Both the position numbers and the translations under genes were made by a program. Source: Octopus sinensis (lineage: Eukaryota). Taken from it: 64,000 nucleotides of DNA. Shown in pieces: positions 40,510-53,741 of this stretch. Each line of letters begins with the position of its first letter. Position 1 is the stretch's first letter. The stretch covers positions 108,810,001-108,874,000 of the forward strand of contig NC_042997.1 in NCBI RefSeq assembly GCF_006345805.1, read 5' to 3'. The notes under the pieces were generated by a model. The model was not told the DNA's origin and searched no databases. It saw nothing but the letters and a program-made list of their open reading frames with translations.

Positions 40510-41976
40510 CACATACACATGTATATCTATATATATATATGTATAAATATATACATCATCCTATATATGTATTTGTACATACATTACATGCACATATGTA
40601 TTTATATGCATGAATGTATATATGTATATATATATATATATGAATGTATATATATATATATATATATATATACGTACATTGCATACGTACATTCAGATAT
40701 ATATATATATATATACGTATGTAGGGACGCATATATGTATATATATATACACATATGTATACATATATATATACATACATATACACATATAGGCACACAT
40801 GCGGACATGCAGACATGCGCACGCGCGCACACAGACTCAGATACACACACACGTATACCCACATACAAAAGCTATGTCTATATTATACACACATTATATA
40901 GCAATGTATGTATGTATCTTACTCATTCACTCACCCTCTCTCTTTGTGTGTGTGTGTATATGTATGTGTGTGTATGTGTGTGTGCGTGTGTGTGTGTGTA
41001 TGTGTGTATGTGTGTGCTAGTGTATATTTGCGATCGAAGCATGTCAATGTCCATAGAAATCATGATTAGAAATACCGAAGTATTTTGTGGAAAAAGTGCT
41101 CAACAAATGCACATATATGTTATGTGATATTTGTGGTTATGACCTAAGTCTTTAGAACGGTAAACTAAATTTAAAGAATCACCTTCTGATATACTAGATA
41201 AAAGAAATACAGGGAATTCTTATTCCGGTGTTGAGTCTGAAGGAAGGGTTACTGCCTGTTGCTTTTCCAACTCCGAAAAAAAAGTAAGTTCAATAGCATT
41301 AATGTTCATGCCATGATTAAACCGGTGCAAGCCCACAACTGTAAGAAAGACAAAAACAGGGAAAAGATTCTAGGGATTGTGGGTTCAGGGTGCTGATGTT
41401 TTCCGGCTCTCTCTAATGCTTGAACTCACTGGTGAGCGGCACAAAGGAATAGGCTTTCAGTGCACCTGCTTTCAGGAATCCTATTGATATTCACTGAAAG
41501 GGGGCGAGGTGGGGTGAGGATGGTTGCAAGAAACCCAGAAGGACTAGAAACACGACCTGTCAAAAAGGACGAATGAAACTAGTATAGGTTCAACGACTAT
41601 CTAGCGACAGAACGGGAACACAGAAATTTCGGGTTAGTGTCCGACATGCTGGAAAATCAGTGGGAGTCAGGCACCCCTTAACTTTTGCTAAAACATGTCG
41701 CTAGAAGCGGCTTGAAATCCAGGCTACGTCTGCTCCGATGGACAGTGTTGCTTTGGTCAGTGAATCCTCTGCAACGGTCAACAATCGACGGCAAGACAAG
41801 CTGCTACGAATCACACTTTCCCAGAGAATGTATGCATGTGACCGGGACCACATGGGAATTTGTGTCTCCACTGAAACTCCAACATGAGTGTAGGCGTTGG
41901 TCGGAGCTTGTTCAACCCACCCCGGGTGAATGCCGCCGCAAGTCCAAGTAAGCAGTAGAAAAGGGAGGGAAATAAA

Positions 41977-42150
<174 letters not shown>

Positions 42151-42890
42151 GAGATTAAAGTCGCTGGACAACGTCAGTGTTAATGAGTCCTCCATAACCA
42201 TACTGATGTTAGAAGTGAGAGACCAGGAAAATAGTTGGCGCAGAAGTTATTCTCTACACATTGGATAATGGTCATACAAGTGTTTCGTTGCTGGGCGAAC
42301 GCCAGCCACTTTGCTGAATTAATCAGATTCTCCAAGCATAAGAAGTCCTTGCTTCTATCAAAATAACTGTATCACGGCTAACGAGTAAACCAATTGGCCG
42401 AATTAGGACAACGAAGTTTTGTTGTGATCTTACCGCGTAACAAGTCTCCGCTGCTGAATGTGTTGTTATGAGAATTGTATTATCTCTCATCAACCAGAAT
42501 GAACAAGAAAGAATTCCTTTGTGACCGGCAGCATTAAGCAATCAGTTACATGAGATAGTTATAAGACAGCATAGAGGAGACAAATGTATCAAACTTGTAT
42601 ATCCAACCGCATGAAACTGCTTCGAAGAAAATAGATCCTCGATTGAGGTACATGTACCCGGGAATAAAACCCATAGAGATATTCCACAGGAGGCAACATA
42701 ATTAGTTATAACCAGGTACTTTATAACAAAGTACCCAGCAAATGTAAACTGTGGAGTATACGGGTATACGGGTCTATCGAATAAATCTATAAAAGGAAAA
42801 AGTAAGGAGTCAGCTTCTGATACACAGTTGGAAGGAAATACGTCAGGACATACTTGGAAGTTATCTGAAATATGTATGTGTATGTATATT

Positions 42891-43003
<113 letters not shown>

Positions 43004-43197
43004 GTGTGTGTGTGTGTGTATTTATTGCGCTTTTACAAGGAATAGGTTGAAAGTGGCTTCGAAGTTTTGGGTTTCACATAACGTATTGAAAAGACAGGAT
43101 TTGAACTGTGAGCGAAAAGATCCCGAACTAAATACTGCCTGGCATTGCACTCTGAGTATTTGCTGCATCCGTATAAAGACTACCAGCAGAACCGATA

Positions 43198-43428
43198 AGG
43201 CGGCGAGCTGGCAGACTTGTTAGCGCGCCGGGCGAAATGCTTAGCGGTATTTCGTCTGTCGTTACGTTGTGAGTTCAAATTCCGCCGAGGTCGACTTTGC
43301 CTTTCATCCTTTCGGAGTCGATAAATAAAGTACCAGTTTCGCACTGGGGTCGATATAATCGACTTAATCCCGTTGTCTGTCCTTGTTTGTCCCCTCTATG
43401 TTTAGACCCTTGTGGGCAATAAAGAAAT
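43198..43428 (+). mobile_element. tRNA-derived SINE family B, best-preserved copy
   Basis: Head ggcggcgagctggcagacttgttagc..gagttcaaattcc and central gccgaggtcgactttgcctttcatcctttcggagtcgataaataaagtaccag, which resembles the Nin/Deu-type conserved SINE domain. About 20 related fragments lie elsewhere in the window. Confidence 0.9.
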
Positions 43429-44139
43429 ATATCAGCAGAACCGAGTAAAAGAGTGCAACAACAATATGAAAAAGGGTGGGGTTTTTTCGGAAGAGCTCAT
43501 AGCACAATGTAGGGGTAACAAGTAGAATGTAACCTCGATATATTTGCACGCGAATTGCCTGCATCAGCAGAGCAAGCAGTGAAAGAAGAAGAAGAAGAAG
43601 AAGAAGAAGAAGAAGAAGAAGAAGAACAACAACAACAACAACAACAGCAACAACAACATCAACAACAACAATATCAATGACAGCAGAAACAAAAAATATT
43701 AACAAGAAGAATTTCGAATAGAAAGAGCAACATGTTGAAGTAGGATCGACATATCGATTAATGGCGGCGGTTAGATCAGCGTTTTATGGAGAGCACAAAG
43801 TATAGCGAAGGGAAATCGAGAAGAAGAGTGAGTGAAGGTGTTGGTTGATTGGAGAGAGTTAAAAACTAATGAAATGCATAGATTTATGCAAAAAAAAAAA
43901 ATGTAAATATAGGAAAATATCAAAATGTTAAAACTGGAAAATGAGGGAAATTCCGTGAAATATTTGTGAATAATTAAAAAATAAATGTCTGCACTATCAT
44001 TCACCTATCTTCTAACCTGCATAGATGTAAAAAAAAATAAGTCAAAATAAAACAGAAAAGAAAATGATAACAAAAAACAAAAAGAAGCAGCGGTAACAAC
44101 AACAGCAAATTGATAATTTATTGCTTATTAAATAAAGAC

Positions 44140-44218
<79 letters not shown>

Positions 44219-44220
<2 letters not shown>

Positions 44221-44764
44221 GCCCTGATGCAGTACCAGGCAGTGGCTCTCATGGCTTCTGATTGGAAGTGTTATCATGTACATTGTTTTGTCTTGGTATA
44301 AAAGATGGGCTACAGCAAATATTCTGCTCAATACCACAGATTTGCTTGTCAGTTGTTTGACTTTAACCAGTTGAGCATGTCCCTTAGTGGCTGACGATGT
44401 GTGCATCTCTGATCACGAGCAGAAGTAGTGGGGGAGCATCATAGCCATGTGTTGAGAGGGATTCTTTGGAGTTTGAATAATTCACCTCTGGAAACATGGG
44501 TGGTTCGTTCAACATCCTTAAACAACCCTTATTCAGGGACCTTTGAGCGGGATGGGCAACTCAACCTGAAGAAAATTCTAACTGGGCCCCAACTGCAAGG
44601 TCATGTGCTGTTTATCTTGATATGAGATCACCATGTCGCGCACATATGGTTGTGATGCATGTGCCTGGTGTACCCTTATCAGACGGGTAGTCATGATGGG
44701 TATATTGGGCTTCGTATATTTCACCCCAGTGTCACTTTGATGGCATGAACTGCTCTCTCACTCA
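44219..44764 (+). mobile_element. Non-coding ~545-bp element N inserted in (TAA)n, copy 1
   Basis: (AAT)n on both sides. A second copy lies inverted at 47921-48444. Confidence 0.8.
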
Positions 44765-44781
44765 ATAATAATAATAATAAT

Positions 44782-44915
44782 CCTTTCTACCGTAGGTAGA
44801 AGGCCGGAAATTTTGGAGAAGGGAGTAAGTCGATTACATCGACCCCAGTGCGTGGCTGGAACTTATTTAATAGATCGCGAGAAGATGTAAGACAAAGTCA
44901 AACTCTGTGGAATTT
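44782..44915 (-). mobile_element. SINE family B 3' half; its (ATT)n tail abuts element N
   Basis: Plus strand reads aataatcctttctac..gtcgattacatcgaccccagtg..aaagtcaaactc. Confidence 0.75.
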
Positions 44916-45450
44916 GAGAGGCCTTCCCTTAAGTGTCCAGATTCATCTTCGCTGTTACAACCAGATTTCTGCGGAAACTGGTCTCTCATAAACTGAAGCA
45001 ACTTAAAGTTCGTCACCAACGTCATCACCACTATGATTTTTGGACACCTGAAAGTTTCAAGCAACTTTCTGTTGCATCATTTACTGCTCCTTTGTGCTGC
45101 TGGGGTTGTGTGTGCTGCACTTTTGTGGCATGTTGTGGGGTGTATTGTATTGTATTAGTACGTTTTGTTATGGGGTTTCGTTTGAGTCTTCTGTTGTATT
45201 AGTTTTTATCTTGTGTGTTGTTTGTGCAGCGCATGTTGTGTTCTTCTGTCGGGTATCGGCCTTCTATGGCACCTGTTGTGGGTTTTATTAATTTTTGGGG
45301 GTATTTACAGTATCAGTTTATACCTGTATGTTTTTGGAGAGGCGTTGCATAGTAAGTGCGTATAAACCATAAATCAATTATTTTATTTATGATTATCCGT
45401 CCGTCGTTCTTTTACTTGGTTTTGTTACGGGTTCCGTTAGTTATTGTTAC

Positions 45451-45511
<61 letters not shown>

Positions 45512-45564
45512 TATTATTATTATTATTATTATTATCATCCATTGCCTTTGTATTATTATTATCA

Positions 45565-45835
45565 TTACCTTTGCACAGCTTCTAACGCTGGAAATGTACT
45601 ACGGTGTCAGCTGTTCACTACCATTGAATTAAAGTAACACCCCTTATTTTTCGAGCACCATCTGGAGTATTCGAGCGGTTCCAAGCAGTGTTGTTTTCTA
45701 CAAGTGGTTCACCTTGCAGCCCCTATTTGTTCTAAGTACTTCTCGAGATTTTTGCTCACTGTTCCCAGGGTTCCGACAATTATTGGTACTACTACCACCT
45801 TTTTTATCGACCACAACTGCTTAACTTCCAACTTA
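45565..45835 (-). mobile_element. R4/Dong-clade 3' fragment E0
   Basis: EVKQLWSIKKVVVVPIIVGTLGTVSKNLEKYLEQIG..KTTLLGTARILQMVLEK*. (TTA)n on both sides. Confidence 0.85.
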
Positions 45836-45848
45836 TTTATTGTTATCA

Positions 45849-45884
<36 letters not shown>

Positions 45885-45897
45885 TATTATTATTATT

Positions 45898-47857
45898 CTA
45901 TGTTTGACTTTTGCTTTATATTTGTACAAGTTGGCTCCAAGTCCCACCCAGAGACCTCAAAGACAACAGGTTGGAAGTTCATGTTGTTGTTATGCCTAGT
46001 GTGCCATTATTTGGGGGGTGGGGATGTTTACTAATGAATGTCTAAAAAAAATGTTTTTTTTTTTTTTTTTTTAAACCGAAAATTATGTTTGTTTTAAACC
46101 TTGAATTACATAGAGAGTATTTTGCGTAGGATATGAGCAGTTCCCATGAGCACTATCTTTTGAACTTCTGCCATTTTTGGGTTTCCTGGTATCTGAGTTA
46201 GGTAGCTATCAGCCCCTTTTGCTATCATTCCCAGGGCACTTATGACAACAGGTATTGTTTTAGTCTTCAGCTTCCACATTTTGCTGATTTCTATTTCAAG
46301 ATCTTTATATTTGCTCAGTTTTTGGTAGGTCTTGATAGATACGTTTATATCGATTGGGACAGTCATATCAATGAGGAGCCATGTTCTTTGTTTAAAGTCT
46401 TTCAATATGATGTCTGGCCTATTTGCATCTATCTTCCTGTCAGTTTGAATGGTGAAGTTCCAGAGGAGTGAGATGTGGTCATTTTCAAGCACTGGGGGTG
46501 GTTTGTGTTCCCACCAGTTTTTTTCATGGGGCAAATCCAGGTTTTTACAGATTACCCAGTGAATATATTGTGCAGCTCTATCGTGCCTGTTGAGATACTC
46601 TGTAGGCGCTAGAAGACTGCACTTGGAGACCACATGGTCAATGGTTTCATTTTGTTGCTTGCATACACGACACGTTGGACTGCTTCTGATCTTTAATATG
46701 TTGGCCTGGTAGTTTCTTGTTGGTAGGCATTGATCTTGAGCTGCTATGATAAACCCCTCTGTTTCAGATTTTAAGCCAGAGGCCATTAGCCATTGATGGG
46801 TCAGGCTTTGTCGATATCTGCATTATTCACTCTCTTTGGGTATTTGCCATAGAGAGGTTTTTCTTGCCATTTATTATTCAGAATATCTAAGGCCGCAGTT
46901 TTGGCACGGGTTTTCATGCGCCTAGCTTTTTCTGTGCTTGTTTCTTGTATATCTATCTCTAATTCCGAAATTGGTTGTATTCGGAATTCACTTAGATATT
47001 CCTTTGCCTGTTTTGTGACTGAGTATGATGCTTTCTTGTTTTCATGTTTTGAGACAAGTTTTAACATCCAGTCCTCAGAGTTTTTCAGGTAGGTGTCTAG
47101 GCCAATTGTAGCAATCTTCATTGTTATTGTCAGTTGCAAAAGACCACGGCCTCCCTCTTTTCTTGGCAGATAGAGTCGTTCTGTATCTGCCTTAGGGTGG
47201 TGCATTCTATGCATTGTCAACAGTTTCCTTATTTTTCTGTCGAGCTGACATATTTCAGTAATTGACCAGTTAACAATATTGAAACTGTAAGTCACGACTG
47301 GTATAGCTAATGCATTGATCGCTTCGATCCTGTTTCTTGCATTCAGCTCTGTCTTGAGTATTGCTCTCACTCTTCGATAGCATTCTCTCCTGATCCTTTC
47401 CTTCATCTCTGAATGCCTTATTCCGTTCCCTTCAATTACCCCTAGCTCTCCGCTGGGTCTAGTTCTTTTATGACATTCTGTCGGTCAAGGTTAACGTTAG
47501 ATGTTTCTGTCATTTTTCCTTTGATAAAGGTAGCCTTTGCACATTTATCGAGGCCGAATTGCATTCTGATGTCGTCACTGAATTGTTTGACTATCGCTAG
47601 TAAGCCCTTGAGTTGTTGATCATTTTTTGCAAAAAGCTTTAAATCATCCATGTAAACGAGATGATTTATATTTTTATCAAACATTTTATACCCGTACTGC
47701 GCGTCATTGAGCAGCTTTGAGAGAGGTATTAAGGATAAACAAAAGAGGAGTGGTGACAGTGAGTCACCCTGGAAAATGCCACACGAAATTTTTACATCAC
47801 CAGCATTTAGGGATTCACTGTCACTGTTCAGAGTTAGTGTGGTTCTCCATGATCTCA
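45898..47857 (-). mobile_element. R4/Dong-clade retrotransposon E1, 5'-truncated within RT
   Basis: GIFQGDSLSPLLFCL, HLVYMDDLKLF, FGLDKCAK, INALAIPVVTYSF..LDRKIRK..LYLPRKEGGRGL, CRVC..ETIDHVVSKC..RHD, NRPDIILKD..LIDMTVP..KYKDL. Two frameshifts. (TAA)n at both ends. Confidence 0.95.
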
Positions 47858-47920
<63 letters not shown>

Positions 47921-47921
<1 letters not shown>

Positions 47922-48444
47922 GAGTGAGAGAGCACTCCATGCCATCAAAGTGACACTGGGGTAAAATATACGAAGCCCAGTATATCCATCATGACTACCC
48001 GTCTGATAAGGGTACACTAGGCACATGCATCACAACCATATGTGCGCGACATGGTGATATCATATCAAGATAAACAGCACATTACCTTGCAGTTTTTTTC
48101 TGGTCGAGTCACCCATCCCGCTCAAAAGGTCCCTGAATAAGAATTGTTTAAGGATGTTGAACGAACCACCCATGTTTCCAAAGGTGAATTAGTCAAACTC
48201 CAAAGAATCCCTCGCAACACATGGCTATGATGCTTCCCCACTACTTCTGCTCGTGATCAGAGATGCACATATCGTCAGCCACTAAGGGACATGGTAAACT
48301 GGTTAAGGTAAAAACTACTGACAAGCAAATTTGTGGTATTGAGCAGAATATTTGCTGTAGCCCATCTTTTATACCAATGTACATGATAACACTTCCAATC
48401 AGTTAAGATCAGAAGCCATGAGAGCCACAGCCCCTCAGGGCATT
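47921..48444 (-). mobile_element. Element N, copy 2
   Basis: Colinear reverse complement of 44219-44764 apart from three short indels. (TTA)n on both sides. Confidence 0.8.
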
Positions 48445-48474
48445 TCATTATTATTATTATTATTGTTGTTGTTG

Positions 48475-48569
<95 letters not shown>

Positions 48570-48571
48570 TA

Positions 48572-51176
48572 CTATTAATCTACATGTTTGTTACAATCAC
48601 TTGCCGAGACACAACCAGTGTCCTAGTGCAAGTGAAGGATAAGAGCTGTTACAGCATGACCGAAAGTTTGGGGAGGGAAGTGGCAGGTGCAATAGAGAAA
48701 TACAGACATTTAAATTGATAGCGTTTTTCTAAGAATGTAGCCAGTACTTATTAGCACAATCATTTTGATTTCTGTGAGACATGATTCCCCTGGGATATTA
48801 TCTAGATGCTTTTGACATCTTTTTCTTATACCTAGAGCTCCCACAATAACAGGATCAGGTCTCGCTTCAAGATGCTACATCTTTTGCATTTCGATTTCTA
48901 GGTCCTTATATTTACTTAATTTGTCAAATTCCTTTGCAGATATATTTCTATCGGTGGGAGCACTTACACCTATTAGTCTACAAGTATTTTCTTCCCTATC
49001 TTTAATGACTATATCTGGTCGATTTACCTGGATCGTTCTGTTGGTGTTGACGGGAAAATCCCAGAGAATAGTGACATTTTTACCTTCAACGACTGGCTTA
49101 GTATGGTGTTCATACCAGTAACCAGGAGTGCTGATTTTGTAGTGTTTACATATTTTCCAATGTAAATACTGTTCTACCCTATCGTGGCGATTTTTGTGTT
49201 TGTTTGGTGTTAGCACAGGACATCCCGAGATGAGATGGTCTATTGTTTCATCAAATTTTTCGAAGAATCTCCGTTTAGGGTCAGAACCATTTTGAAGAAC
49301 GTTAGCCTGGTAAGTTTTTGGTAAGAACGTTAGTCTGGTAGTTTTTGTGCCGCCAATATGAAACCTTCAGTCTCTACTTTCGGTCCTAAACTTGTCAGCC
49401 AGTGATGAGTTGCTTGTTTGGTCTACATCAACATTTCGGCTTCGAAGTATATACTGTCCATGCAGAAGCTTCTGGCTCCACCGCTCCTCAATTCGCTTCT
49501 ACCCGTTCTTTTTTTGCAGTCTTTTTGATCCATTTTGCTTTATTCGTGGCAGTGGATTCAAGTTCATCATCTAATTCGGCGTTAATGCCAGATTCTCTTG
49601 CGAATTTGCAATCTTCCTTGACAATAGGATGTGATTTTTTACTTCTTTCGTGTTTGCACACAAGCCGCAGCATTCAATCCTCTCTACTAGATAAGTACTT
49701 TTTCATTGCTATTGTGGAAGTGTTATCGTACAGTTCTACCTGCATCATTCCTCTTCGCCCATTACTTCCAGGCAGGTACAGAAAATCAACGTCTGTTTTT
49801 GGGTGGTGCATGTTCTTAGATGTTAGTAGTTTTCTTGTCTTCCTGTCCAGGCGTTGGAGTTCTGTAAGACTCCAGTTAATGATGTTAAAAGTATATTGGA
49901 CTACTGGAAGTGCCAGGGGGTAAATGGCTTCGATACGATTCTAGAAGTTGAGTTCAGGTTTTAGTATGAGTCATATTCTTCTGGAATACTCCTTTCGTAT
50001 TTTTTCCTTCATAGTAGCATGTTGTATACCGCCTTCTTCCTTTATCCACAGGTATTTATAGATTCCTTGCAGGTCAAACTCCTTGGTGGCAGTGTCACTA
50101 TCTTATTTAATGGAAGCTGTTTGCTTGAGCTTTCCTCTCACAAAAGTTGCTTTAGCACACTTATCAAGACCAAAATCCATCCCGATGTACTTGCTGAACC
50201 CTTTAACAGTTGTTAGCAGTCCCGATGTTGTTAGATTGGCTCATCCCATTACTATGGTTTAAAAGGAGACGTATATTCCACTTGGCCATGCTATGTTGTA
50301 AGAACTTGGCGACGACAGGAGAGATCTTATATATCTCAAGAGCCTTGAGTAGCCAATTATGTGGGACACATGCTTTCTTGTAGTCTATCCATGCCATACT
50401 CAGGTTCTTCTTTTTGCTCCAGCAATTTTCTACAATCATTTCATTGATGGGTAATTAATGTTTGTATCCCTAAGAATACCTTTTACAATCTTTATGAGCT
50501 TGTGGAAGGATAGAGTTCTGTTCAAGGAAAGTGTATATTCTGTCAGTTAGTATCGATGTGAGGATCTTGTAGGTGGTGTTGAACATGTTATTGGTCGGTA
50601 GTGTTTTGTGTGTTTCGTGTCTTCAGTTTTATTTTGGTACAAGGTGTGTTGTTCCTTCGGTCAGCCAGGCAGGTATTTGTTCTGGGTTCTGGATGACATC
50701 AGGTAGGGATGCAGCAAAGGTTTGGTGTACTTCTGTCAAACAATTCAGCCAGAAGTTAGGGAATCCGGTCCAGTCCTGAGGTTCTCCATTTGTCTGACTA
50801 AGAACACACCTTAGCTCTCCTACTCCTATTGCCTCCCATTTCTGCTCTTCAACTTCTTCCAGTCTCACTTTCTCACATTCTATCCACTGACCTTCAACAT
50901 TATATTCCTCTTGTTGTTCCATATCTTCTCCCAGAATTCCCCCATTTCTTCAGTAAAGGTGACTCCTTTACTTCTATCTTGCTTTTGCCAATCTCCCTAT
51001 AAAATGTTTTTTTGCATCCATCTTGAATATTATGTTTTGTCGATAACATTTTATTATTTTGTCACAGTTTCTGAGCCGTTGGGCTTTCAGTTGTATTCGT
51101 TATTTCTCTAGTTCCTTGGTTGCAGGGAGCGTTATAAAATCTTTAATTTCAGATTTTTGCTTGATTTTTCTTGTTT
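48572..51176 (-). mobile_element. R4/Dong-clade retrotransposon E2, decayed, RT core internally deleted
   Basis: FYREIG..EFWEKIW, NFWL..WLTEGTTHLVPK, LSMAWIDYKKA, FGLDKCAK, LDRKTRKLL..LYLP, ETIDHLISGC..RHD, NRPDIVIKD..KYKDLEIE, ILRKTLSI*. Confidence 0.92.
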
Positions 51177-51188
51177 GATTATTATTAT

Positions 51189-51384
51189 CTCTTTAGTACA
51201 AGTTTTGTTGGACTTCCTGGAGTCTTGCATGCGGAGCAGGCTTATTACATGCTACCGTGTTATTCGTTCTTTTCAGCTGTCGAATACTTTCCTGATTATT
51301 CTAACCGTGCCAAGGAGGCAAACCTTTTCTAACAGTTCTACTGGGCACTCTATTCCAATTACCTTTATATTCCCCTTTGATGCC
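51189..51384 (-). mobile_element. R4-clade extreme 3' fragment E3
   Basis: IECPVELLEKVCLLGTVRIIRKVFDS* plus 3' UTR. 5' junction in (GAA)n. Confidence 0.82.
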
Positions 51385-51531
51385 TTCTTCTTCTTCTTCT
51401 TCTTCTTCTTCTTCTTCTTCTTCTTCTTCTTCTTCTCTTCTTCTTCTTCTTCTTCTTCTTCTTCTTCTTCTTCTCTTCTTCTTTTTTCTTCATTATTATT
51501 TGCCGGTCTCGTACCAATATTTGAAACCATA

Positions 51532-51569
<38 letters not shown>

Positions 51570-51576
51570 GATTATG

Positions 51577-51621
<45 letters not shown>

Positions 51622-52234
51622 TGTTTTCTTTGTTGTTGTTATTATTGTTTGGAGGCGGGAAATATTGATGAATATACAACCAACTAAAGAGAGAGAGAGG
51701 GAGAGAGAGAGAAGAGAGAGAGAGAGATAAATAAAACTTTGAAAGAAAGAATACTTCAGTAAAAATAACAAGGGTAATTGTAAAGTAGAAGCTAAAATAG
51801 ACTAAAATGGAATTCAGTTTGCTTGCTTTTTGCCCAATAATCCGATTAGAAAGCAATGATTCCCAGCATTCAATGGAGATTTGCTTTTCTTCCATTTTTG
51901 TCGTTTCTTTAATCACGTGACCTCCTCAACTACTAAAGTGATGCAGAGATTTCTGTTTGCAAAATGCTTTTCTATGAAACAACTCTGAAATCGTTTCATC
52001 TTGGCTTAGTTTTTGTTGATTTGCTTTTGAAATTCTTTTTATCAAAAAAATATTTTTTTCTTTATCAATCTAGTTTTATTTCTCACTGAGTTTGTAATTT
52101 ATTTTGGATGTTAATTATATTTTTTAACTATTAATATGCAACTAAAGCTGATGCAAGGAACTTTCAATAACTGTAAATAGATACGATCGTGTTGTTATTG
52201 TTGTTATTATTACTATCATTTTCATTAGCATCTT

Positions 52235-53445
52235 CTTTCAATTCTGTGTCCATTTCCTGCCGAATGTCTTCCTGACACCTAGGGAAGAGAAACGTACTGT
52301 ATACATTGGTAGGCCATTAAAACAAGAAAACCAGATTGTTCATTTTTTGGATGGAGTATCCCTTATCTAGGCAGCAACTTCCTTGTCTTTCTGTCTAAGC
52401 TGTTTAGTTCGTCTACTGTCCATGCGACTACCCCTGCTCCATACTAAGGAGTGAAACCGCCCTGGTGTTGATATTCCGTCCGTTTAACTTCGACTTAAGG
52501 ATCAATCTCAGTCTGCGTAAGTACTTCACCTTAATTTTTCTGTCATTTCTTTCTCTATCAATTTATCCACTTCCCAAATCCCCAAGTACTTGTAGCCCGT
52601 CTCTTCTATCTGTTTCATAACCTCCTGCGACGTTATCGCTAGCCCGTCCATACATTTGATTTTGCCTCTCTTCAAGACTAACACACCACACTTTCTCAAT
52701 CCGAATTCCATTTTTATATCAGCACTGCAAATATACACCGTATCAACGAGGGAACTGACTTGGGATTCGTCTTTACCATAAACTTTGTAGACATCCATGA
52801 ATAACAACTGGTTGACTTTTCGTTGGTGGCTCTTGAATACATACCCAGCCTTTGCTTTCCTCAGAATCACTGTTAGTGGTATCAAGCACAGTACAAAGAT
52901 CAGTGGGGACAGGCAGTCCTTTTGGAAGATGCCTCCCCTGATTTCTATTGTCCCTAAACTCCTTCCATATGCTGTCAGTTCCGTTCTCCATTTCGCTATA
53001 CTTTTTGCAAGCAATCTTTCAACATTCTATGTAATACCATATAGGTTCATATAGGTAATACCATATAGGTAATCCAAGAATGTAGGATCATATCGAACGT
53101 CTTACGATAATCGATCCATGACATGGCCAAGTTAGTTTCCCTCGTCTTTCAGTCTATAAGTACAGTTTTGTCTACCAGGAGTTGATCCTTGTTACCTCTG
53201 CACTTGCACTTGCAGCCCTTCTGCTCATGTGGCTGGACTCCATTATTTTCCGGACGTCCGTTCATTAACTCTGTGACTATTCCACTCAATAATTTCCACA
53301 TAAGTGGCAAGCAGGTTATCGGTATGTAATTCCCTACTATATTGCCTTTTTCGATGTTTTTTAAGCACAGCACTGTTCTACCCATTGTCAACCGGTCTGG
53401 TGTTGCTTGGTCGGCATTTAACAAGGTGTTGAGTTGTGCAGCTAT
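52235..53445 (-). mobile_element. R4-clade RT fragment E4
   Basis: NYIPITCLPLMWKLL, EQKGC..DQLLVD, LAMSWIDYRK, GIFQKDCLSPLIFVL, QLLFMD, MEFGLRKC, YKYLGI, LDRKTRKL. Confidence 0.9.
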
Positions 53446-53454
53446 CAGTATTAT

Positions 53455-53505
<51 letters not shown>

Positions 53506-53570
53506 GTTTGTTGTTGTTGTTGTTGTTGTTGTTGCTGTTGTTCTTATTGTTGTTGCTGTTGTTGTTGTTT

Positions 53571-53741
53571 TCTCTTTATCACAGGTTTTGTTGGAACTCT
53601 TAGAGTCTTGCATGCGTAACGGGCCTACTACCTGCAGCCTACGGTGCTATGCCATTCATTCTTTTCAGTTATCTAATACTTTCCTGGTTATTCTGGCAGT
53701 GCCAAGGCGGCAAACCTTTTGTAAAAGTTCTACTGGGTATT
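53571..53741 (-). mobile_element. R4-clade extreme 3' fragment E5 (same family as E3)
   Basis: YPVELLQKVCRLGTARITRKVLDN* and a 3' UTR sharing gcatgcaagactc..ccaacaaaac with E3. Confidence 0.82.

Noticed and set aside
42160-42790. Short open frames in unique sequence, including IRPIGLL as an RT-like motif
   Set aside because: No further RT motifs in register, and frame lengths are compatible with chance.
44388-44430. ctgacga in element N as a hammerhead core
   Set aside because: No properly placed GAAA or stems II/III could be found by eye.
47442-48026. 194-aa ORF with poly-Asn fused to RT
   Set aside because: Read-through from element N across (AAT)n into truncated E1. It has no N-terminal RT motifs and is not a gene.
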